From: a virus
Lineage: Duplodnaviria; Caudoviricetes
Direction: 5' to 3' (one strand)
Length of the DNA: 64,000 nucleotides
IMG/VR virus record: IMGVR_UViG_3300032270_000543
Location: 32,001 to 96,000 of that record
In this document: in pieces, positions 50,107-57,133 of the stretch
How positions within the stretch are numbered: the stretch's first letter is position 1
How the letters are laid out: each line of letters begins with the position of its first letter
Position numbers and translations under genes: made by a program
Notes under the pieces: generated by a model
The model's input: only the letters and a program-made list of their open reading frames with translations
What the model was told of the DNA's origin: nothing
Databases searched by the model: none

Positions 50107-50312
50107 AAAAAAGCGGCGGCTTTTGAATGGAGCCGCCGAACCATTTTCAGACGAGTGCTGTGTGCCACGGTACTCTGAAGTCACCGCTGCAAGAAGCCCG
50201 ACTTACTCTTGCATTCCTTTCGCCGTCTGCATATAGCAGAGAGCAAAGGCTTTATCCTGCGTTTGGTGGGTGTCAGCCGACCGTGTACATCGGTGCAGGA
50301 TGGGTTGGGCGC
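50107..50312 (-). ncRNA. Unclassified ~210-nt structured RNA
   Basis: Stems ATCCTGC/GCAGGAT, CCTTT/AAAGG enclosing TCTGC/GCAGA, TGCAAGA/TCTTGCA, TTCAGA/TCTGAA, and a terminal CGGCGGCT/AGCCGCCG plus T6; own promoter. Confidence 0.6.
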
Positions 50313-50362
50313 AATGTAAATAGTTAACAGGTATGGTTAGTCATCTGCTTCTCCATGTCGAT

Positions 50363-50390
50363 AGTATAGCACAGTTGCTTCCGCAGTCAA
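50363..50390 (-). promoter_or_regulatory. Sigma70-type promoter driving the ncRNA/tRNA array
   Basis: TTGACT-N16-TATACT, extended -10 TG. Confidence 0.8.
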
Positions 50391-50403
50391 TACCATGATG
50401 AGG

Positions 50404-50514
50404 TCATCCTTTATTTGATTTAGCACGAACCACAGCATCACGCCGTATTTTTTCAACGGCAGTTCGGAGCAATGAATTCTTCAATGCTTGCTTTGGCTTC
50501 GGGTGTTTTGGCAT
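50404..50514 (-). CDS. Small basic protein (36 aa)
   Basis: GGAGG SD; MPKHPKPKQALKNSLLRTAVEKIRRDAVVRAKSNKG; CTAAATA late-like site upstream. Confidence 0.5.
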   Translation of the reverse strand: MPKHPKPKQALKNSLLRTAVEKIRRDAVVRAKSNKG

Positions 50515-50545
50515 TGTGCCTCCACACTATTTAGGTTTTCTCGGA

Positions 50546-51388
50546 TCAATCTTCGTAGATTGTGATCCATTTCGGTTCTTCGTCGCGGCGCAGATATGCA
50601 GCCTTGGCGAAACACCACTCTTCGCGCTCTTGAATACGATAACCCTTTTTGTGCTTCTTGGCGTAGCGATCAGCGGCTGGCTTATCATCAAAATACTCAA
50701 TGTTACCTGCGTCATCCTTGCCGCCCCACAGACCACTAGAGGTCTTCCACACATCACCTGGCTTATGTGTCTTTGTGGAGTGAGTATCGTCTTCAGCCTT
50801 CTGTTCTTCTGAACTCTTCTCTGGTGTGTCCTTAAAACCAAACACAAACTTGCGGTCTTCTTTTGCGCTTGATCCCTTGCGGAGTTGCGAGAAAAAGTCC
50901 TTTACCTTGTGCTTGGCGAGTTCAAGATTGTGCTGTCCTTCGCCCTTTTTGAAGTGCATCAGAACCTTACCAAGACCTGCCTCTTCATTGGTTCCAATAT
51001 AGTAGAAGTCCTGATCGTCCTTCCACATCACGGAGTGCTGCTGAAATCCGCGACCAAGAGCAACTAGTTGGCTCTTCTTGATGTTTGGAATCAGTAGGCT
51101 CAACTCATGGCAGAAATTCTCGTCGCCCTTGTAGCCGCCACGCAGTTCAATGTAGCCATACCCCGTTGCACGAACCTTCTTCTTTAGTTCAGCATGGCGT
51201 TGAGCGTTTTCCTCGTTTGAGGCGGCGCAGCGCATTGCACTCAAGATTCCAAACTTCTTGCTGTCGTCTTCCACATACTGAAACACACGGGAAAGCGAAG
51301 ACTCTACAAGTGGCACCTCGGTGGTGTTCTTGTGGGTCAGTGCTTCCGACAACTGCTGCGCGTTAAGATATTGGGTGAACTTTTTCAT
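50546..51388 (-). CDS. Hypothetical phage protein (DUF3293-like core)
   Basis: GILSAMR...EN..RH.EL...GYGYIELRGGY...FQQHSV; MKKFTQYL start; TATAAATA upstream. Confidence 0.7.
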   Translation of the reverse strand: MKKFTQYLNAQQLSEALTHKNTTEVPLVESSLSRVFQYVEDDSKKFGILSAMRCAASNEENAQRHAELKKKVRATGYGYIELRGGYKGDENFCHELSLLIPNIKKSQLVALGRGFQQHSVMWKDDQDFYYIGTNEEAGLGKVLMHFKKGEGQHNLELAKHKVKDFFSQLRKGSSAKEDRKFVFGFKDTPEKSSEEQKAEDDTHSTKTHKPGDVWKTSSGLWGGKDDAGNIEYFDDKPAADRYAKKHKKGYRIQEREEWCFAKAAYLRRDEEPKWITIYED

Positions 51389-51800
51389 TCAGAATCTCCT
51401 TCATGCTACGACTATTTATAGGAGAAAGCCCCTCGCCGTGAAGCATTACTCCTTCGTCCGTGGTGTACCAAATCTCGTCAAAGCAGCCCACGCACCACGG
51501 CATACAACGGAAACACGGGCGGGACATTCGCATCTGCCCAAACCGATTAAAGCGGATATTGAACAGCGTCAGCCCCCGCTTCCGCTCCCCAAGTTTCAAA
51601 AATGCGTCAAGTTCGGAGTGCATTTCTCCAAACAGGTAGCCGTGCTTGACGGCTTCGGGATGCGTCTTCAGCACATTCGAACCAACCGATTCAATGCGAC
51701 CCTTGTACAGGATAATTGAGATGTGCTTCTTGGGACGCGGGATCTCCAAGCACATGGGATACGCAAGGCGCAGAAGACGCTGAATCTGTTTTGCGTTCAT
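51363..51800 (-). CDS. Cytidine/dCMP deaminase-fold zinc protein
   Basis: HSE and SRPCFRC zinc motifs. Confidence 0.8.
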   Translation of the reverse strand: MNAKQIQRLLRLAYPMCLEIPRPKKHISIILYKGRIESVGSNVLKTHPEAVKHGYLFGEMHSELDAFLKLGERKRGLTLFNIRFNRFGQMRMSRPCFRCMPWCVGCFDEIWYTTDEGVMLHGEGLSPINSRSMKEILNEKVHPIS

Positions 51801-51836
51801 AAAAAACGCCTTGAGGGATGTTTCACCCGCAAGGCG
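51801..51836 (-). terminator. Intrinsic terminator
   Basis: CGCCTTG..CAAGGCG hairpin plus T6. Confidence 0.65.
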
Positions 51837-51850
51837 CAAAGGGGTTCAAA

Positions 51851-52237
51851 TCACTTCTTACCGCACGGAACGCGGCAGTCAGCAACATCGTCCTGCACAC
51901 GATCCAGCGTCATCCAAATGCCATTGACGCGATCATTAAGGTCGCGCGCGGCTTCGTCCTGAACATCACCGATGCGGCGATAAATGGCATCGTTCTCCTT
52001 GCAATGAGAATCATTCACGCCGTTGATGTATTCGTGAAGGTTCTCAATTGTAGCCTTCTGCTTGCCAAGCACATAGAAAATTGCAGTGGTGCAAAAGAAT
52101 CCATAGAAACCAAGGAAAGCCACCAGGGCGTTGTTGTCCGTGGACTTTCCTGCAAAATTCAGCAGAGCAACGCCACCAAAACCAACAACCGCAATCGCGG
52201 CATACGCAGTGAAAACAGAGGTCTTATTGTGGAACAT
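51851..52237 (-). CDS. Two-TM membrane protein with coiled-coil C-terminus
   Basis: AAGGAG SD before MFHNK; two hydrophobic helices. Confidence 0.7.
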   Translation of the reverse strand: MFHNKTSVFTAYAAIAVVGFGGVALLNFAGKSTDNNALVAFLGFYGFFCTTAIFYVLGKQKATIENLHEYINGVNDSHCKENDAIYRRIGDVQDEAARDLNDRVNGIWMTLDRVQDDVADCRVPCGKK

Positions 52238-52324
52238 GAGTTCTCCTTTATGGGGGTGTAAACCCAAAGGGGTGGCTACGCCAAACGGTCGCAGCCACCC
52301 CAAGGGCAATCAGTGGATCAACGA

Positions 52325-52600
52325 TTAGGCGTTGATCAGGTAGCGCGTACCGTCCTGCTTGAAGCCGTACACACGATCACCATCGTGGGTGTCTTCCATG
52401 CCGTAGACAGTCTCACCGTTCTTGACGGACTGAGTGATCTCCCAGTTGCCGAACGCTTCAACCTGCGAACGGATGTCGCTGACCATCGCGCGGAAGTTCT
52501 TCACACCGAACTTGTTCTGCGCCTGGCTGGCGGTGAGGGTCTTGCCCGAGGCGAGGTAGTTCAGGACGCGACGACGGTTCGAAATCTTGGTAGTAGCCAT
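52325..52600 (-). CDS. Winged-HTH-like DNA-binding protein
   Basis: RVLNYLASGKTLTASQAQNKFGVKNFRAMVSDIR. Confidence 0.7.
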   Translation of the reverse strand: MATTKISNRRRVLNYLASGKTLTASQAQNKFGVKNFRAMVSDIRSQVEAFGNWEITQSVKNGETVYGMEDTHDGDRVYGFKQDGTRYLINA

Positions 52601-52679
52601 TACGAAATCTCCAATAGTGGGCTTTAGAAAGTTTACGCTTCGGATGCAGCCCAACATCCTTCGGCGTTTCGATGTCCTA

Positions 52680-52707
52680 ATTGTAGCAGGTCTACGGTGA
52701 GTGTCAA
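52680..52707 (-). promoter_or_regulatory. Sigma70-type early promoter
   Basis: TTGACA-N16-TACAAT. Confidence 0.8.
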
Positions 52708-52741
52708 CCCCTACGAGCGGTTTTCCATTATTTGTTTTGGA

Positions 52742-53224
52742 TCACCATCCAAAAATACGAGCGGCGATGCCGAATCCCAACACCACGATCAGCACAGCGG
52801 TACTGAACGCAATTCCAAAAAGTAGAGGATGAGCAAACGCAAACTCCTGAATTTCAGAAATGCAATCCTTCTTTTTGAATTTAGAAATAAAGTCATCGTA
52901 GACTTCATGCGCTGCATCAGTCCAACCATACTTGGAACTCTTCGTCCACTCAACATCTATGGGAATCAGTGGTGTAGAACCACTCTTGGGAAGTTCGGGT
53001 GCAGGAGGAGTCCACGAAACAACTTTGGAAACCACCTGCGAGACAACCTGTGGATCGGTGTCGCCAAGGAACTCCGCAGCACTGCCTTCGCGCCAAACAG
53101 TGTTGATTGCTGGCTCTGTAGTAATCACAGCCTCGGGCTTCTGTGCGCGGGGATTGCGTGTCTTGGGAGCATCAGTCTTTTTGATGCGTTTGCTGACGGG
53201 CTTCTTGATCTTCTTCTTTGCCAT
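52742..53224 (-). CDS. Hypothetical protein, Lys-rich N-terminus and C-terminal TM
   Basis: AAGGA SD; hydrophobic C-terminus. Confidence 0.7.
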   Translation of the reverse strand: MAKKKIKKPVSKRIKKTDAPKTRNPRAQKPEAVITTEPAINTVWREGSAAEFLGDTDPQVVSQVVSKVVSWTPPAPELPKSGSTPLIPIDVEWTKSSKYGWTDAAHEVYDDFISKFKKKDCISEIQEFAFAHPLLFGIAFSTAVLIVVLGFGIAARIFGW

Positions 53225-53243
53225 TTGTGTTTCCTTTGTATCG

Positions 53244-53316
53244 TGCCTTGGGCGGGGTTCGAACCCGCGACTTAGAGATTAAAAGTCTCTTACTCTACCA
53301 ACTGAGTTACCAAGGC
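53244..53316 (-). tRNA. tRNA-Lys(UUU)
   Basis: AGAGA-CT TTT AA-TCTCT; canonical cloverleaf. Confidence 0.93.
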
Positions 53317-53322
53317 GATGTG

Positions 53323-53562
53323 TCAGTCAATACTGTCCCAAAGCGTGGGAGCCTTGCTCAACTCCATGATCTTCTGCTTGTGCATCATTTCACCAAGCAC
53401 TAGATGGAGGCGGTCAATCAGGTCTTCCACCTCGTCAATACTGTATGTATCCACAACTTCAACCGTATCAACTCCCTTGATGTGGAGGCTCGGCTCATCG
53501 GGGCGATGTGGATTGATTGTAATGAAAAGATCCATGTTTGGGTGCAGTTCTTGCTTGCTCAT
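53323..53562 (-). CDS. Hypothetical protein
   Basis: AGGAG SD; lies between two tRNAs. Confidence 0.7.
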   Translation of the reverse strand: MSKQELHPNMDLFITINPHRPDEPSLHIKGVDTVEVVDTYSIDEVEDLIDRLHLVLGEMMHKQKIMELSKAPTLWDSID

Positions 53563-53577
53563 CTGTGTTTCTCCTAA

Positions 53578-53649
53578 TGCGGGTTGGGAGAATCGAACTC
53601 CCGTGACGGGTTTGGAAAACCCGCGTAATAGCCTCTATACGAAACCCGC
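53578..53649 (-). tRNA. tRNA-Gly(UCC)
   Basis: CGGGT-TT TCC AA-ACCCG; acceptor GCGGGTT/AACCCGC. Confidence 0.9.
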
Positions 53650-53865
53650 TTATCGTGATCGTTCACTGATGCGCCGTGCGCGGCGCAGGTTCTCTGAATC
53701 AGCACTGTCAACCATAACCAGTTCAGGGGCAGTCTTGTGCGACCAATCCATGAATCCCACGAATGTGGTGGAGCGCGAACACTTCACACAGGTAGTAGTG
53801 TGGGGCAGAGCCTCTAGACGCGCAGGGGGAATCACGGTGTTGCAGGTGTCACAGGTGCGTGGCAT
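53650..53865 (-). CDS. TraR/DksA C4-type zinc finger protein
   Basis: MPRTCDTCNTVIPPARLEALPHTTTCVKCS; TAATG coupling with the upstream gene. Confidence 0.85.
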   Translation of the reverse strand: MPRTCDTCNTVIPPARLEALPHTTTCVKCSRSTTFVGFMDWSHKTAPELVMVDSADSENLRRARRISERSR

Positions 53866-54065
53866 TACCGTGCCTCCATAACGAAAAGACTGCTTTTCAC
53901 TGCACGGCACTGCTGACGGAATTCGCCGTCTAGCCGCGCCTTGCGCTCCTTGTGGGTACGCTTGTTGAAACCGAACGGCTTGCACTGCTGCTGCCGTCCT
54001 CGGGCTACTGCTGCGCCCTGCCGCTCGGCTTCAATGTCTATGGGGTCTAGAACTCGCTTTGCCAT
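53865..54065 (-). CDS. Small basic protein, probably leaderless
   Basis: ATG 6 nt after the TATACT -10 box. Confidence 0.65.
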   Translation of the reverse strand: MAKRVLDPIDIEAERQGAAVARGRQQQCKPFGFNKRTHKERKARLDGEFRQQCRAVKSSLFVMEAR

Positions 54066-54071
54066 GCACAC

Positions 54072-54099
54072 AGTATAGCGTGTGCGGCGGGAGTGTCAA
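54072..54099 (-). promoter_or_regulatory. Sigma70-type early promoter
   Basis: TTGACA-N16-TATACT. Confidence 0.85.
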
Positions 54100-54128
54100 T
54101 GGGAAGAAGCGATTCCTGATTATTTGTT

Positions 54129-54386
54129 TTAGGCGAGAACGCCGCCCGTGAGTCCTGCGGCAAAAGAAACTCCCCAAACACGAACAGGGAATATTTCAGT
54201 GGTGCTTGCGCCGACTACTACACGAGTTTCTGCTGTTAATCCATTTGGGCGATAAGTAATAAAACCTGCGGTAAGACCAGCACCCGTATTATTTGTAAGA
54301 AGAACAGCCTTGGACTTACCAACGGCAGCCGCAGCAGCACCAGCAGCATTTGGAAATTGGGTAAATTCGTTGAAAAGGTAACTCAT
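54129..54386 (-). CDS. Hypothetical protein (possible small virion protein)
   Basis: GGAGG SD before MSYLFNEF; TACATA late-like site upstream. Confidence 0.6.
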   Translation of the reverse strand: MSYLFNEFTQFPNAAGAAAAAVGKSKAVLLTNNTGAGLTAGFITYRPNGLTAETRVVVGASTTEIFPVRVWGVSFAAGLTGGVLA

Positions 54387-54412
54387 GCGATTCCTCCGTA
54401 TCCAGTATGTAT

Positions 54413-54440
54413 AAAAGAAAAGGAGCCTTGCGGCTCCTTT
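54413..54440 (-). terminator. Intrinsic terminator after tmRNA
   Basis: AGGAGCC-GCAA-GGCTCCT-TTTCTTTT. Confidence 0.85.
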
Positions 54441-54779
54441 AGCCCATTCAGATGCGGGAGGGCTAGTCCCCACGGCTTCAAGCCGCCATTGCCAGTTTGT
54501 TGGCAATCATGGTTGTAGCAGTTTTTTTAACGAGGATCCACCACACGCCTCGGGCATCTCCTGCTTCAGTACTCCGCACCAGTCGATTCCTTATCGACCC
54601 CGTAAGTCCCGAAGCCTAGGACTTCGGGAGATGCCCCCGCTGCACACGGAGGACTTGACTGCGGGAAGAGGCGGGTGATGCAGTCACTCCGCATTCGCGC
54701 ATCTGAGTAATGGAGTCGGGGGGATTCGAACCCCCGTGCTGTATGCGTTTTCGTCCACGATCAACAATACCATTTGTAT
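54440..54779 (-). ncRNA. ssrA: Permuted (multi-piece) tmRNA; tag (A)ANKLAMAA
   Basis: The T-arm plus CGACTCC-A (54711-54735) lies upstream of the 5' end GGGGTCG (54601) and pairs with it, including G3:U70; pk1 CGAGG/CCTCG; tag ORF 54478-54504. Confidence 0.88.
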
Positions 54780-55130
54780 TTAGTTCGTCACAACTTCTAC
54801 ACGCACCCAATCAGGACTGATGAGTTCAGAAGAAGGAACCGCAGCCATCTTGATTCTCTTGATGATGCGTAATTCGTCTTCACCAACAACGCCATACGAG
54901 AACAGGCTGTTGCCAACCTTTACTGTAGGACCACCATCAAAGTCCACATAGTTGATGGTGTCGTCACGCATCTCTTCGGGGTGCATGGTGTTCCACCCGT
55001 TGCGGATGGTTTCACTGCTGCCCTCGAACCAGTAGGTGGTGTTGTTCACTTTGGTGATCCACCGAATCTGTCCTGTGGTTCCACGAACATACCACTGACC
55101 CTGATGCTTCTTTGGCTCTTTTGTTTTCAT
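54780..55130 (-). CDS. Hypothetical protein
   Basis: YVDFDGGP motif; ATGA overlap. Confidence 0.7.
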   Translation of the reverse strand: MKTKEPKKHQGQWYVRGTTGQIRWITKVNNTTYWFEGSSETIRNGWNTMHPEEMRDDTINYVDFDGGPTVKVGNSLFSYGVVGEDELRIIKRIKMAAVPSSELISPDWVRVEVVTN

Positions 55131-55360
55131 ATAGACTCCATCATTTCACTCTCATTGTAGATGGTTTTCCAAACAGGGAGTGGCACAAACACATTTTCTC
55201 CACGCTCATCATCCCACACCCACCACCCACCACACACTTCCGCGCAGTACAGTAGAATCTGTCCTTCTTCGGTGTTCTGCCGAAGAGCAAGTGTCCACAG
55301 GTAGTGTTCAAGCCCAATGATCCAACCAGCAGAATACTGTTCTTCGCTGATGTCACGCAT
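55127..55360 (-). CDS. Hypothetical protein (start uncertain)
   Basis: MRDISEEQYSAGWIIGLEHYLW...CGGWWVW. Confidence 0.55.
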   Translation of the reverse strand: MRDISEEQYSAGWIIGLEHYLWTLALRQNTEEGQILLYCAEVCGGWWVWDDERGENVFVPLPVWKTIYNESEMMESI

Positions 55361-55535
55361 CACGCGGAGGAGGATTCGCTTGTGTATTTCTCTTGCGGGA
55401 AGTTTTCCCTTTGCGGGTGTTCCCTTTGGTGGCTCGTCCTTTGGAGCCAAAGGCGGCTTCCCAATTAGTCTCCCAAGCCACGCGATCAACCTTGCGATAA
55501 GAGTCACCTTTTCCTGCGCCATGAATACCTTCCAT
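55353..55535 (-). CDS. Small phage protein
   Basis: GAGKGDSYRKVD...WETNWEAAF, a pattern common in small phage ORFs. Confidence 0.55.
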   Translation of the reverse strand: MEGIHGAGKGDSYRKVDRVAWETNWEAAFGSKGRATKGNTRKGKTSRKRNTQANPPPRDA

Positions 55536-55605
55536 TTCTGTAGTCCTTTCACATATAGTCACAGACGGAGTTCCCCGTCTACAGTATGTATCGCATCAGA
55601 TTATA

Positions 55606-56238
55606 TCAGCGGCGGCGGCGAGTTGTACCAATAAGTCCACCGATTGCCAAAAGAGAAATTGCGCCAGGTGCAGGAACCTCGTTTGCACCGAATCCGCACC
55701 AGTCAATCAGATTTCCAATAGTGGGACCACCTGCTGCGGAAACGGCTTCAAACGCAAACCGTGTGGTGTTGCCGATTGAAATAACCGATCCGTAGTTGAC
55801 TTCCCACTGCCCTGTGCCTGCCGAGAACTCCTGCGTGAACAGCGTGAAGTCATCGCCGCCGTCCCACTGCTGATCTGCACCAAGATCCGTGATGGTGAGG
55901 CGCATGGTGTCTACACCCCAACGCCCACGGTGTGCAAAGTGCCAGTTGATGCTGTTGTTGTCACCAAGCCCACCAACATCTTGATATAGAGTGGAAGCGT
56001 ATGTAGCGTTCAGTTCGGCAAAGTTGTTGCCGTGGTACGCTTCAACGCCTTCAGTCCAACTAGACCAAATCTCAAGTGTGTTGTCCAAAGCCGTGGTTGC
56101 CCAACCGTAGTGGGGATCACCACCGTCAAAATACGAATAACTGTCAGCAGGATACGATTCAAAACTGCCGTCTACGAGATCCGCAACTGCGGATGTGGTT
56201 ACAACCGAAGCAGCAAGTGCTGCGAAAACCGTCTTCAT
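55606..56238 (-). CDS. Secreted PEP-CTERM-like (VPAPGA) exosortase-substrate protein
   Basis: Signal peptide MKTVFAALAASVVTTSAVA, jelly-roll-like DGSFE domain, C-terminus VPAPGAISLLAIGGLIGTTRRRR. Confidence 0.88.
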   Translation of the reverse strand: MKTVFAALAASVVTTSAVADLVDGSFESYPADSYSYFDGGDPHYGWATTALDNTLEIWSSWTEGVEAYHGNNFAELNATYASTLYQDVGGLGDNNSINWHFAHRGRWGVDTMRLTITDLGADQQWDGGDDFTLFTQEFSAGTGQWEVNYGSVISIGNTTRFAFEAVSAAGGPTIGNLIDWCGFGANEVPAPGAISLLAIGGLIGTTRRRR

Positions 56239-56254
56239 CTCTTTTCCTCTTTCC

Positions 56255-57091
56255 TTATGCGCGTCTGCGCGTATTTACTATTCCGCCCACTGCAAACACT
56301 GCAATGGTCGATGGCGAAGGGGTGGAGATCGGCTGCACCGATCCCCCGCCACCCATACCGTAGTAGTCACCAAAGCCGTAGTTGTCACCCAACGCAATCG
56401 TTGTGGAATAAACATCAAACGGTAAAGTGCTTGGAGTCAGGAATGCCGCGTAGTTGTCTGCTGGCAGTTCTGCTGATGCAATCTCGGGCATCAGACTTTC
56501 GGGAGTTTGCGTTAAAGCCTTCACAGGGATTTTTGGTTTCTGTACAACCACCGAAACCTCGGCGGCTTCGCCCTTGCCGTCCCCTGACGGCTTTTCCTTG
56601 AATGCTTTTGTGATATCGCCGCTGCCCTTGTCCGCAGCAGCCTGCTGCGTCATTGGTTCCTTGGAGCGATACGGCTTCCAACCGCCCATGCTGATCTTCT
56701 CGCCGCCTTTGCCGTCCTTGGGCTTGTCCTTGTCCGTGTTTGCAGGTGCCGCAGGAGCCGATGGTGCGGCACCGCCTCCCCCACCGCCCATGATTTTTTG
56801 TTGTATGCCCTGCAAGAAACCTAGTTTCTCGCCAATCTTGGCAACCGCGTCCTGACCCACAACCGTTGCTCCAACAGCCGTAGCCAGTTGGAATGCAATG
56901 AGTTGTTTCTGCAACTTTTTGAGTTTGCCGTCAGACTGTTCAGCCCGTTCCAACGCCTCACGCTCTCGCGCTGTGCGTTCTGCTTCCCGTGCTTCTTGGC
57001 ATTGCTTAAGTCCCTCGCGGAGTGTGTCCCGCTCGGCATTCTTTAGTTTTTCACAATCACACGGCGAATCCTCGCTGTGTTTGTGTGCCAT
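56255..57091 (-). CDS. Coiled-coil/membrane protein with a PEP-CTERM-like C-terminus
   Basis: C-terminus TPSPSTIAVFAVGGIVNTRRRA; internal hydrophobic stretch; no N-terminal signal peptide. Confidence 0.7.
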   Translation of the reverse strand: MAHKHSEDSPCDCEKLKNAERDTLREGLKQCQEAREAERTAREREALERAEQSDGKLKKLQKQLIAFQLATAVGATVVGQDAVAKIGEKLGFLQGIQQKIMGGGGGGAAPSAPAAPANTDKDKPKDGKGGEKISMGGWKPYRSKEPMTQQAAADKGSGDITKAFKEKPSGDGKGEAAEVSVVVQKPKIPVKALTQTPESLMPEIASAELPADNYAAFLTPSTLPFDVYSTTIALGDNYGFGDYYGMGGGGSVQPISTPSPSTIAVFAVGGIVNTRRRA

Positions 57092-57133
57092 CGTTCCCTG
57101 TCCTCCGTAAAAATTGGGATCAGGACGAAAAGC

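Noticed and set aside
49492-50327. ORFs across the tRNA and ncRNA cluster
   Set aside because: The sequence is explained by the tRNAs and structured RNA.
54711-54779. tmRNA 3' fragment as a prophage attachment-site remnant
   Set aside because: There is no integrase, the context is a lytic T4-like phage, and the fragment pairs perfectly with the GGGGTCG 5' end 110 nt downstream.
54129-54810. ORFs 54616..54810 and the 54387-54506 extension of 54129..54506
   Set aside because: They overlap the tmRNA and its terminator; the real CDS start is 54386, which has a GGAGG SD.
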